From contig JBBRLQ010000012.1 of the NCBI GenBank assembly GCA_038231275.1, positions 96,001-160,000 of the forward strand: a stretch of DNA of 64,000 nucleotides, in the 5' to 3' direction. The translations under genes and the position numbers were made by a program. The stretch is from Polyangiales bacterium (GTDB taxonomy: Bacteria; Myxococcota_A; Polyangia; Polyangiales; Polyangiaceae). How positions within the stretch are numbered: the first letter of the stretch is position 1; the number at the start of each line of letters is the position of its first letter. Below are positions 29,985-38,792 of this stretch, piece after piece. The notes below the pieces were generated by a model. It was given only the letters and a program-made list of their open reading frames with translations, had not been told where the DNA came from and made no database searches.

Positions 29985-31319
29985 GTGGGCAAGGAAGAGG
30001 CTCCGGCAGTGCTCGAGCTCGGCGGTCGCGAGGTGCGTGTGACGCACCCCAGCAAGCCGTATTTCACGAAGGACACGAAGCTCTCGAAGCTCGACGTGGT
30101 CCAGTACTACCTCGCGGTCGCAGACGGGGCGAAGCGCGGGATCGTCGATCGGCCCGTCGTCCTCAAGCGCTTCGTCGACGGCGCGGACGGCGAGGCGTTC
30201 TACCAGAAGCGCGCGCCGGAGAAGCGCCCGCCGTGGCTTCGGACGGTGACGCTGTCCTTCCCGTCGGGGCGCACGGCAGAAGAAGTGGTGGTCGACGACG
30301 ACGCGGGCCTCGCGTGGATCGTGAATCTCGGGTGCATCGAGCTGCACCCTCATCCGGTGCGCGCCGGCGATCTCGAACACCCCGATGAGCTGCGCGTCGA
30401 TCTCGACCCGGGGCCCGGCGTTCCGTGGAGCGACGTTCGCAAGGTGGCGCTGGAAGTGAACGCGCTGCTGGGCGAGCTCGGCCTCGTTGGATGGCCCAAG
30501 ACGAGCGGATCGCGTGGGGTTCACGTCCTCGTTCGCATCGCGCCGCGGTGGACGTTCACCGAGGTGCGGCGCGCGGCGTTGGCGCTGTCGCGCGAGATCG
30601 AGCGGCGCGCCCCCGCGATCGCGACGAGCAAGTGGTGGAAGGAGGAGCGACGCGGCGTCTTCCTCGACTACAACCAGAACGCCAAGGATCGCACGACGTG
30701 CTCCGCGTACTCGATCCGGCCGCTCCCCGACGCGCGCGTGTCGACGCCGCTGACGTGGAGCGAAGTGCCGGAGTGCGAGCCGGCGGACTTCACGGTGCTC
30801 ACGGTGCCGAAGCGCTTCGCGGCGCTCGGCGATCCGCACGCGGGTATCGACGGGAGCGCGGGATCGCTCGAGGCGCTGCTGGAGCTCGCGGCGCGAGACG
30901 AGGCGTCGGGGCTCGGGGACGCGCCGTGGCCTCCGCACTTCGCGAAGGGCGACGGAGAGGGGCCGCGCGTGGCGCCCTCGCGCGCGAAGAAGCCGGCGGG
31001 GACGGCGAAGCGTGCCCCGCGCACGAAGATGCCGCTTTTGACCGTCGCCAACTCACCGAGCAAGGAAGCGGCGCTCGCGGGGCTGGAGCGCTGGAAAACG
31101 CGGCACCCCGAGGCGGCGGCGCTGCTCGCCGTGGACGACGTGCTCGTCGACTCGATGCGCGGCCGCTCGTCGACGTGGACGCGCATCCGGGTCAATCTCA
31201 AGAACGTGCCCGAAGCGTCGCGCCCGCCTCAAGAGACGCCGGACCCCGACGACGATCCGACCCGCGGCTGGCGCGACGCGATGCGCGCACATGGCAAGGA
31301 CGAGCCAAAGGAGCCTTAG
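29985..31319 (+). CDS. AEP primase-polymerase (LigD-POL/Prim-PolC family) with C-terminal extension
   Basis: FYQK, ELHP, DELRVDLDP, KTSGSRGVH, DYNQN, YSIR, PWPPHFAK; start placed at GTG 29985. Confidence 0.92.
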   Translation: MGKEEAPAVLELGGREVRVTHPSKPYFTKDTKLSKLDVVQYYLAVADGAKRGIVDRPVVLKRFVDGADGEAFYQKRAPEKRPPWLRTVTLSFPSGRTAEEVVVDDDAGLAWIVNLGCIELHPHPVRAGDLEHPDELRVDLDPGPGVPWSDVRKVALEVNALLGELGLVGWPKTSGSRGVHVLVRIAPRWTFTEVRRAALALSREIERRAPAIATSKWWKEERRGVFLDYNQNAKDRTTCSAYSIRPLPDARVSTPLTWSEVPECEPADFTVLTVPKRFAALGDPHAGIDGSAGSLEALLELAARDEASGLGDAPWPPHFAKGDGEGPRVAPSRAKKPAGTAKRAPRTKMPLLTVANSPSKEAALAGLERWKTRHPEAAALLAVDDVLVDSMRGRSSTWTRIRVNLKNVPEASRPPQETPDPDDDPTRGWRDAMRAHGKDEPKEP

Positions 31320-31341
31320 TCGAGGCGCCGGCGCGAGCCTC

Positions 31342-32454
31342 TCAGTGGCCTGCGAAGATCGCCGACAGCTCCTCCGGCGGGACGACCTCGAGCTGGGCGT
31401 AGTCACACTCGCGCGGCGGCTTGTCGGTGCGCCAGCGACGAAACTGGGCGGTGTGGCGAAAGCGTGTATTTTGCATGTGATCGTATCCGACCTCGGCGAC
31501 GAGCTCGGGGCGGAGCGGCTCCCACGAGAGATCTTTGCCCTGGCTCCAGCGGCTCTTGCCGCCAGGCATGCGCTTGCCTTCGGGCGCTGCGGCGGGCGCG
31601 TCGGCGGACGCTTCCGCAGCTTCTGCCATCGCGCCAGCCCAGTCGCGCCACGGGTGGTCATCGAGCGCGCGTTCACGGTACGGAGCCAGGTGCTCGACCA
31701 GGGCGCGGCGCTTCTCCGCGGTGAAGCTCGCCGAGACGCCGACGTGGTGCAGCGTTCCCGCGGCGTCGAAGAGGCCGAGGAGGAGCGAGCCGACCGCGGT
31801 GCCGGTGCCGCCTTTGTGCCAGCGAAAGCCGGCGACGACGCAGTCGCACTCGCGCTCGTGCTTCACCTTGAGCATGACGCGCTTGTTCGCCTCGTACGCG
31901 CCCGCGCGCGGCTTGGCCATCACGCCGTCGAGGCCGGCGCCTTCGAAGCGCTTGAACCAGTCGGCGGCGACGGCGCGATCGGTCGTCGCGGGAGTGACGT
32001 GAATCGGCGGGGACGCGCTCACGAGGAGCTCCTCGAGCGCGGCGCGGCGCGCGTGGAAGGGGTCGGCGCGCAGATCTCGGTCACCGATGCAGAGCGCGTC
32101 CCAGAAGACGATCGACGACGGCGACTGCTCGGCGAGGAGCTTCACGCGCGACGCCGCGGGGTGGAGGCGCAGCTGGAGCAGATCGAAGTCGAGCGCGCCG
32201 CCCTTCGCGATGACGATTTCGCCGTCGAGGACGCACTGCGCCGGGAGCGCCGTCGCGAGCTGCGCCTCGAGCTCGGGGAAATAGCGGCCGAGCGGCTTCG
32301 CGTCGCGGCTCTGGAGCGTGATCGTGTCGCCGTCCTTGAAGACGAGGACGCGGAAGCCGTCCCACTTCGGCTCGAAGATCCACCCGTCGCCGTCGGGCAG
32401 CCCCGAGACACGCTTGGCGAGCATGGGCAGGACGGGCGGCGGGACGACGAGCAC
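31342..32454 (-). CDS. ligC: ATP-dependent DNA ligase (LigC type)
   Basis: PMLAK, EPKWDGFR, LDGEIV, FEGAGLDGVMAK, KVKH, PGGKSRW, RFRH. Confidence 0.93.
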   Translation of the reverse strand: MLVVPPPVLPMLAKRVSGLPDGDGWIFEPKWDGFRVLVFKDGDTITLQSRDAKPLGRYFPELEAQLATALPAQCVLDGEIVIAKGGALDFDLLQLRLHPAASRVKLLAEQSPSSIVFWDALCIGDRDLRADPFHARRAALEELLVSASPPIHVTPATTDRAVAADWFKRFEGAGLDGVMAKPRAGAYEANKRVMLKVKHERECDCVVAGFRWHKGGTGTAVGSLLLGLFDAAGTLHHVGVSASFTAEKRRALVEHLAPYRERALDDHPWRDWAGAMAEAAEASADAPAAAPEGKRMPGGKSRWSQGKDLSWEPLRPELVAEVGYDHMQNTRFRHTAQFRRWRTDKPPRECDYAQLEVVPPEELSAIFAGH

Positions 32455-32463
32455 GTAGGCCTC

Positions 32464-33048
32464 TCAGAATTTCACGCCGACCTGGGCATGAAGCGACAGC
32501 GACGTGTACGTCTTCGTCGTGTTGTTCCCGCTCGCGTCGACGCCGGTCTTCACTCCGGGGATGAGGAGCACGTTCGCGTCCGCGCCGACGAAGAAGCCGC
32601 CGAGCGACACCAGGCCGACGACGCCCGGCTCGAGGTACAGGTTGCTGTCGCTGGAGCTGAAGCTGCCCCCCGACGAGGTGAACGTCAGGTTGCCGAACCC
32701 GAGCTGCGGGCGAATCGTCAAGAGGTCGAGGACGGAGATGCCGTAGCCCGCCTCGAGGCCGTACTGGAGCGTGTGCGTCGAGATGCTCGTGCCCTGAATG
32801 TCCTGGCTGCCACCCAGGTAGTACATGACGTTGACGCCGCCATAGATCTTGAAGAACGACACGCCGGCGCGGCCTCCGACGCCGACGCCGAGCGGGTTGT
32901 ACGCGAGATCGCCGTTCGGATTGGTGGCGAAGCCGGCCTTCGCGCCGATCTCGATGTCGACGGGACCGAGCGCGTGCGCGTCGTTCGACGTCGACACGAT
33001 GGCCAGAGAGACGAGCCCGATCGCGAGGGGAGCAAGGATCTTCTTCAC
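32464..33048 (-). CDS. Small outer-membrane beta-barrel protein
   Basis: GTG 33048 with AAAGGA RBS; signal peptide ending AHA; amphipathic strands; terminal QVGVKF. Confidence 0.85.
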   Translation of the reverse strand: MKKILAPLAIGLVSLAIVSTSNDAHALGPVDIEIGAKAGFATNPNGDLAYNPLGVGVGGRAGVSFFKIYGGVNVMYYLGGSQDIQGTSISTHTLQYGLEAGYGISVLDLLTIRPQLGFGNLTFTSSGGSFSSSDSNLYLEPGVVGLVSLGGFFVGADANVLLIPGVKTGVDASGNNTTKTYTSLSLHAQVGVKF

Positions 33049-33272
33049 GGGGTGTCCTTTCATTCGGCACCGAGTGTACGCGGACGGGCGCGCGCGAGCT
33101 CGAAAAGGCGACGCGCGATCGTCCGCGTGGCAGAAGGTCACATGCAAGCGCGGCCGTTGGGTGGCACGTGGGCCCTTGGGGCACGTGCCGTCCGTCATGC
33201 CGCTCGCATTGCGCAACGCGTCCTCGGCTCGACGTGCGCAAGAAGCGTTGCGCGGCTCGAGCAAGCCCGCGG

Positions 33273-33926
33273 TCAGCGGCAATCGCGCGCGAAGACGTGC
33301 GACAAGACCGGATCGCTCTCCGCTAGGCAGCTCGTGGGGGCCGGGCACTCGTTGGTTGCGGTGCAGAGCGTGCGCCCTTTCGCGTTGCACGTCGACAGCG
33401 GCAGGCACACGATGTCCCGGATCTCCGTGCTGAGTGGATCCGCCTTTCCCGACTCGGCGCAGCACACCGTCCCCGCGGCGCAGTCGGAGGCGGCGGCGCA
33501 TCGCTGCGGGAAGACCATCGTGAACGAGCCGCCGACCGAGACGTAGCTGCCGCAGTTGGGGCCGCCGATCGGTTGGCAACGCGCCTGGCTCGAGGAGTAG
33601 GCCCGGCCGTTCGAGTCGTCGCCGCTGACCATCAGGCAGCACTCGGAGGTCGCGATCTCGCACGTCGTCGTGGTCGATCCGCAACGGATGAAGCCGGGCA
33701 GAACCGTCACCACTCCATCGCCGCCGCTGTCGGGCGGGTTCGCGTCGGCTGGGGAGGGCGCGTCGGCGCTCCCATCGCCACCGGGCGCGGGCCCACTCTC
33801 GGCCCCGCCGCCCCCGTCGCCGCTCGCGATGCCACCGTCGGATGAACCGCCGGAGAGGCCGTCGAAATCCGCCCAGCACGCGCCGAGCAAGACGAAGGCC
33901 GCAGCGGACAGAGGGACCCTGGACAT
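33273..33926 (-). CDS. Cys-rich lipoprotein
   Basis: MSRVPL...LLGAC lipobox; DGG linker; multiple Cys and CC motifs. Confidence 0.8.
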   Translation of the reverse strand: MSRVPLSAAAFVLLGACWADFDGLSGGSSDGGIASGDGGGGAESGPAPGGDGSADAPSPADANPPDSGGDGVVTVLPGFIRCGSTTTTCEIATSECCLMVSGDDSNGRAYSSSQARCQPIGGPNCGSYVSVGGSFTMVFPQRCAAASDCAAGTVCCAESGKADPLSTEIRDIVCLPLSTCNAKGRTLCTATNECPAPTSCLAESDPVLSHVFARDCR

Positions 33927-33988
33927 CCTGCGTCTCAGGATAGTCCCCGGGGTTGACCTTGGGTCGATCGTCGCGCAAGGTGCCCGCG

Positions 33989-35068
33989 ATGCACGCGCGG
34001 AGGCACATTTTCGCAGGGATCGCGGGGGCGGCGCTCCTCTCCTCCGTCGCGGCTTCCCTCGCCGTGTCGGGCTGCGCGGCGAGCGACGCGGGCGCCGCGA
34101 GCGATCCCACGGGCGGCACCGGCGCGGGCGACGCCGCCTCCGGGAGCGACGCGAACGGCGGCAGCGCGAACGACGCATCGAAACCGAGCGACGGGGGCGC
34201 CGACACGAGCGCGCCTGGCGACTCCGCGTCCCCTCCCTCCGATGGCGCCACCGTCGGCGACGCCGGCTCGTACCGAACCTCCCTCCACGTCTGCTGGAAC
34301 GATCCGGCCTGCACGCGCGCGCTCGCGGTCTCGCACGGCGGCGACTGGAACGTGGCCGGTCCCCCCTACGACTCGAACGCCGCGCTCGCCGCTGCGTACA
34401 CGAACGGCGCCGACGGCGTGAAGATCGACGTCCGCATCACGAAGGACAACGTCCCCGTCATCTCGCACTCGAGCCCGATCCAGACCTACGAGTCGCTCGA
34501 CTGCTCGGGGAAGAAGATCGAAGAGATGAACGCCTCCGACGTGACGGCGTGCCACCGCTTCCCCTCGAACGAAACCTTCCAGCGCCTCGACGACGTGCTC
34601 GACGCGCTCCGCGGCAAGCTCGTCGCGCAGCTGTGCGTGAAGGTGAACACCGACTTTGGTCGCACGATCACGGCGGTGCTCGCGAAAGGAGCGGAGGACT
34701 TCGCCTTCATCGAGGTCAACTCCGGAGACTTCCCGCTCATCGCGCCGCTGCCCGGCTCCGACAAGCTCTATTACCTCGTGAACGCCGCGAGCAACGTGGC
34801 CGACGTGGACACGGTCCTGGCGCTGCACAATCCGCGTGTGATCATGATCGAGCTCGATCCCACCGTGGCGCTCAGCGGAATGGCCGCGAGCAAGATCCAC
34901 CCCGGCGGCGCGCGCGCGTTCACGTACGACAACTCGTCGACGGCGACGGCGGCGACACTGAAGGCGCTCTTCGATCAGGGCTACGACGTCGTGTCGTCGA
35001 ACCTGACGGCGCCCGACATCCAGGCGCGCGTGCAGGTGAATCAGGCGCGCGGCCTCACGCCTCCGTGA
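33989..35068 (+). CDS. Glycerophosphodiester phosphodiesterase-fold lipoprotein (divergent active site)
   Basis: VSGC lipobox; SHGG...GADGVKIDVRITKDNVPVISH...LDDVL; terminal GYDVVSSN. Confidence 0.8.
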   Translation: MHARRHIFAGIAGAALLSSVAASLAVSGCAASDAGAASDPTGGTGAGDAASGSDANGGSANDASKPSDGGADTSAPGDSASPPSDGATVGDAGSYRTSLHVCWNDPACTRALAVSHGGDWNVAGPPYDSNAALAAAYTNGADGVKIDVRITKDNVPVISHSSPIQTYESLDCSGKKIEEMNASDVTACHRFPSNETFQRLDDVLDALRGKLVAQLCVKVNTDFGRTITAVLAKGAEDFAFIEVNSGDFPLIAPLPGSDKLYYLVNAASNVADVDTVLALHNPRVIMIELDPTVALSGMAASKIHPGGARAFTYDNSSTATAATLKALFDQGYDVVSSNLTAPDIQARVQVNQARGLTPP

Positions 35069-35077
35069 CGCGCGCCC

Positions 35078-35626
35078 TCACTTGACGATCAATGTCCACG
35101 TCGCGCCGGGCGCGCACGTGCCCGACACGTACCGAACTTCGAGCGAGACGATGCGCGTGTCGTCGGTGCCATTGGCGAGGGTGGCCTCGCCCCACGAGTG
35201 CGTGACCGAATCGGGACCGGAGGCGTTGGTCGACGACACCACGGGCGTGGTGCACGCGCGCGCGCTCGGGAGGCCCGTGTCCTCGACGTAGAGGTACAGA
35301 TCGAAGTTCGTGCCGGGCGGCGAGGTCAGGCTGGCGCCTACCTTCATCGGGACGCCGATCGTCCCGAGGTCGGTCTCGCTCATCGTGACCATGAGCCATT
35401 TCGAGGTCGAGCCGGTCGCGCTCGCCGACGTGGTGTCGGCGTCGCCGCTGAGTTGCCCGAGATCCGGCGCGTGCGCGCAATCGCTCGGCGCGGCGCACGT
35501 CGCGGCGCCATCCGCGCTGGGGCCGCCGTCGGTCGGAGGCGGAGGCGGTGGACCGGGCGAGGTGGAACGGGGGGAGGCGGACCGAGTGCCAGGCGCCTCC
35601 GCGCGGTCAAGCGCGCTTCGCTTCAC
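35078..35626 (-). CDS. PPC-like beta-domain protein, possibly 5'-truncated
   Basis: LTSPPGTNFDLYLY motif and DGG linker, but no signal peptide in frame. Confidence 0.6.
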   Translation of the reverse strand: MKRSALDRAEAPGTRSASPRSTSPGPPPPPPTDGGPSADGAATCAAPSDCAHAPDLGQLSGDADTTSASATGSTSKWLMVTMSETDLGTIGVPMKVGASLTSPPGTNFDLYLYVEDTGLPSARACTTPVVSSTNASGPDSVTHSWGEATLANGTDDTRIVSLEVRYVSGTCAPGATWTLIVK

Positions 35627-36952
35627 TCACTCGGCGGGAGGCGCCGACTCGTCGCGCGTCAAATCGAGCACGCCCTCGGAGCGCGCGATCACGACCGACG
35701 CGAGGCCGTTGCCGATGAGGTTGAGCGCCGAGCGCGCCATGTCCATCACCTCGTCGACGGCGAGGAGCATCGCGACGCCGGCCTCCCCGGGCAACCCGAA
35801 GCTCGCGCAGGTGCCGGCGATGATGACGAGCGTGGCGCGCGGCACCCCGGCGACGCCCTTCGACGTCAGCATGAACGTGAAGACCATCGCGATCTGAGCG
35901 CCGAGCGACATCTCGATCTTGGCGGCCTGCGCGATCGTGACCGACGCGAGCACGAGGTAGAGGGTCGAGCCGTCGAGGTTGAACGAGTAGCCGGTGGGGA
36001 TGACGAAGCTCGCGACGCGCCGCGGGACGCCGAAGCGCTCCATCTCCTCGAGCAGCTTCGGCAGCGCCGCCTCGCTCGACGCCGTCGAGTATGCGGTGAT
36101 CGCCGGCTCGCGGATGTGCCGCAAAAACCGGCCGATCGGCACGCGCAGCAGCAAGAGCACCGGGATGAAGACGAGCAGGAAGAGGAGGAAGAGCGCCAAG
36201 TACAGACAGAAGACGACGAGCGAGTAGTGACGGAGCAGGTGCCACACCGCCGGCCACCCGCGCAGCTCGCCCTGCCCGCCGGCCATCTGGCTGACGTTGT
36301 AGGCCATCGCGCCGAACACGCCGACGGGCGTGAGCCACATGACCATGCCGGTGTACTTGAACATCACCTGCGCGACCGCCTCGAAGAAGACGAGCACCGG
36401 CTTGCCGCGCTCGCCGGTCTTGGTGAGCGCGATGCCGAACAGCGTCGCGAAGACGACGACCGGCAGGATGTCCCCCTCGGCAGCGTGCTTGATCAGGTTC
36501 GACGGGAAGATGTGGCCGAGCACCTCCCAGAGCGTTTGCGTGTGGGCGAGGGTCACGTGCGCGTCGGTGGCGAGGGGCAGCCCGTCGCCGGGACGGAGCA
36601 CGTTCGCGATCGTGAGCCCGAGGAAGAGCGCGATCGTCGTCACCACCTCGAAATAGATGAGCGACTTGAGGCCCATCCGCCCGACCGCGCGGAGATCGCC
36701 GGTCTGCGCGATGCCGACGATGATCGTCGAGATCAGGATCGGGACGATGATCCCCTTGATGAGCGCGATGAACGACTTGGAGAGGAACTGGAAGAACTGG
36801 AAGAAGTGCGGGTGCTGATCCTTCGGGAAAAATCCGCCGAAGACGACGCCCATCGCGAGCCCGAAGAAGATCCAGAAGGTGCTGGACGTGTACCAGCGCT
36901 TCTTCGGAGCCTTCGGAGCCGTGGACGACGGCGTGGACGCGGCGGGGAGCAC
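35627..36952 (-). CDS. Dicarboxylate/amino acid:cation symporter (GltP/DctA family)
   Basis: STASSEAALP, GYSFNLDG, SKGVAGVP, DMARSALN. Confidence 0.95.
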   Translation of the reverse strand: MLPAASTPSSTAPKAPKKRWYTSSTFWIFFGLAMGVVFGGFFPKDQHPHFFQFFQFLSKSFIALIKGIIVPILISTIIVGIAQTGDLRAVGRMGLKSLIYFEVVTTIALFLGLTIANVLRPGDGLPLATDAHVTLAHTQTLWEVLGHIFPSNLIKHAAEGDILPVVVFATLFGIALTKTGERGKPVLVFFEAVAQVMFKYTGMVMWLTPVGVFGAMAYNVSQMAGGQGELRGWPAVWHLLRHYSLVVFCLYLALFLLFLLVFIPVLLLLRVPIGRFLRHIREPAITAYSTASSEAALPKLLEEMERFGVPRRVASFVIPTGYSFNLDGSTLYLVLASVTIAQAAKIEMSLGAQIAMVFTFMLTSKGVAGVPRATLVIIAGTCASFGLPGEAGVAMLLAVDEVMDMARSALNLIGNGLASVVIARSEGVLDLTRDESAPPAE

Positions 36953-36982
36953 CGGCCGCTTGTAGCACGCGCGCCCCGGCTT

Positions 36983-38146
36983 TCACTCGTCCGAGAGGTG
37001 GCCTTGGGCTTCCTCGAATGCGCGGCCCACTGCCGGCTCTTGGAAGTAGTCGTGGAGCGCGCGCGCGTGAAAGGGATCGCCGCCCACGACCTTGCGCCCG
37101 ACCGCGCCGAGATCGACGGACTTTCGTGCGTCGTCGAGCGAGCGGCCTTCTCTCACCGCGCCCGCCACCTGCGCGTCCACCGTCGCGAGGAGCGCGTCGA
37201 GGTCGGCGACGTACGACGCTCCATCACGCATCACGGCCCCGTGGCCAGGCACGAGCGTCCGCGCGCCGAGCGCCTGCATCTTGGCGAGGACGGCGCGCCA
37301 CTCGCGGGGGTACGAGCCGATCGCGAACGGCGTCGGCGCGACGACCACGTCGCCGGTGACGAGCACCTTGGCGTCGGGGACCCAGACCATCGCGTCGCCC
37401 GCGGTGTTTCCGCGGCCGAAATGAAGCACTCTCACGTCGCACCCGCCGAGCGGGATGGTGACCTCGTCCTTGAACGTCTCGGTCGGCGTCACCAGCTCCA
37501 CCTCCTGCCAAAGCGGAATCGCAGCCTCTCCGTCGGCGATCTTCTCCTCCAGTGCGCGCCGGTCGTCCTCTGTGAGCGGCGCGCCGCTGTCGCCGTCGGC
37601 GTTCCCGGAGCGGAGCTGCGCCTTGAGCCCCTCCACGAACGGACCGATTTTCGTGCGGTAGGCGGCGACTTGCTTGGGGCCGTTCTTCAGGAGGAGGCGC
37701 TTCGTCTCTTCGTGCGCGAGGAAGCGCACCGCGCCGCGTGAGGCGAAGGCGTCTCGATAAACCGCGTTGCCGAAGACGTGATCGTTGTGCCAGTGCGTGC
37801 TCACGACGACCTTGACCGGCTTGTCGGTGATTCGCCGTAGATCCTCGACCATCCGACGCGCCAGCGCGGGGAACTGACCGGTGTCCACCACCAGCACCGC
37901 GTCGTCGCCGACGATCGCCGTCGAGTTGCCCGAGACGATCGGCGACCGCGTGTCGTGCGCGACGAAGACGTGGACGCGCGGCGACACGTGAACGATGTCG
38001 TACGCGTCGGCGCGCGGGCGGTGAAGCGGCGCGGGACTCGGCGGCGGCGCTGCGGGCACGCTTGCCGTCGGCGCAACCACGGCCGGCGCGCAGGCCAGGA
38101 ACACGACCCAGGCCACGAGCCCCGACACCGCCGCACGCGAGGTCAT
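36983..38146 (-). CDS. MBL-fold metallo-hydrolase lipoprotein
   Basis: FLAC lipobox; VVDTG, THWHNDH, GNTAGD, TGD, PGHG. Confidence 0.9.
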   Translation of the reverse strand: MTSRAAVSGLVAWVVFLACAPAVVAPTASVPAAPPPSPAPLHRPRADAYDIVHVSPRVHVFVAHDTRSPIVSGNSTAIVGDDAVLVVDTGQFPALARRMVEDLRRITDKPVKVVVSTHWHNDHVFGNAVYRDAFASRGAVRFLAHEETKRLLLKNGPKQVAAYRTKIGPFVEGLKAQLRSGNADGDSGAPLTEDDRRALEEKIADGEAAIPLWQEVELVTPTETFKDEVTIPLGGCDVRVLHFGRGNTAGDAMVWVPDAKVLVTGDVVVAPTPFAIGSYPREWRAVLAKMQALGARTLVPGHGAVMRDGASYVADLDALLATVDAQVAGAVREGRSLDDARKSVDLGAVGRKVVGGDPFHARALHDYFQEPAVGRAFEEAQGHLSDE

Positions 38147-38186
38147 CACGGAGGCAGGAACACCGCCCAAGGCGAAAGGTTCGAAA

Positions 38187-38271
38187 TCACCCCCGCGCGG
38201 ACGGTGGCCACGTGAGGGAGAGCACGGGCGGCCGTCGCGTAACCAGCTCGACGACCGCGAGTCCGCCGCGC
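38187..38271 (-). repeat. Degenerate copy of the last ~85 bp of the PDZ gene (direct repeat of 38793-38880)
   Basis: Shares TCACCC...GGCCACGTGAG.GAGAGCACG...GGCGGCCGTCGCGTA(A)CCAGCTCGACGACCGCGAG.CCGCCGCGC with 38793-38880; carries small indels. Confidence 0.92.
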
Positions 38272-38274
38272 CGT

Positions 38275-38532
38275 TTATCGCGCCCGCGTCACGACGCGCC
38301 ATACATGGAGCGTCTGCGTCGCGCGGTCGAGTACGAATCGAACGACGAACTTTGGGAATACGTAGAGCCGAAAGTGCGGCCCTTCGTCCTGTTCACCGGC
38401 TACGCGTGTCACGTTCCCCGTCCCTGTGGCTGCCCACCCCTGCACCGCGCTATCCACGCGCACTGCATCGGCCGGCGGGAGCCGCATGAGATCGTCGACG
38501 GCCGCCGGATCCCACCGGATCTCCCAGCTCAT
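38275..38532 (-). CDS. RelE/ParE-superfamily toxin-like protein
   Basis: WEIRWDPAAVDDLMRL...GNVTRV...FRLYV...VVRF...LHVWRV follows the RelE fold pattern; ATGA overlap with the upstream gene. Confidence 0.75.
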   Translation of the reverse strand: MSWEIRWDPAAVDDLMRLPPADAVRVDSAVQGWAATGTGNVTRVAGEQDEGPHFRLYVFPKFVVRFVLDRATQTLHVWRVVTRAR

Positions 38533-38738
38533 CGCGCGTTGCGAAGATTCTCGGCGAGAAGGTCCGATACGCGCGAACCCGCGATCGGTGCTGCGGCGGC
38601 CCGTTTCGCGGCATCGACGGCGAGGCGCTCTTCCACTTCCTCAGGCTCGATCGGCGCCTCCATCGCAGCTTCCCAAATGGGATCGACCGCGAGCGGCGGT
38701 GCAATCCCAACGGGCGACTTGGAAGCGGGCGACGACAT
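38529..38738 (-). CDS. Putative antitoxin (69 aa, acidic)
   Basis: Directly upstream of and coupled to the RelE-like gene; ATG 38738 is preceded by TAAATT-N7. Confidence 0.7.
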   Translation of the reverse strand: MSSPASKSPVGIAPPLAVDPIWEAAMEAPIEPEEVEERLAVDAAKRAAAAPIAGSRVSDLLAENLRNAR

Positions 38739-38792
38739 CCCATCCAATTTACGTCACTTGGCAGCAGGGCGCCAGGTTGACTCCATCGACGT

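Noticed and set aside
28226..32454. Classical Ku-LigD NHEJ operon or a prophage replication module
   Set aside because: No Ku, no phosphoesterase domain and no phage genes. The sequences fit the LigC/Prim-PolC type.
32464..34314. 616-aa ORF suggesting a large fusion protein
   Set aside because: Only the last 194 codons, with RBS and signal peptide from 33048, look real. The rest overlaps two other genes.
36983..38146. Metallo-beta-lactamase resistance gene
   Set aside because: MBL fold only. The His expected in GHT is Asn (GNT), and the insert and context fit a generic hydrolase.
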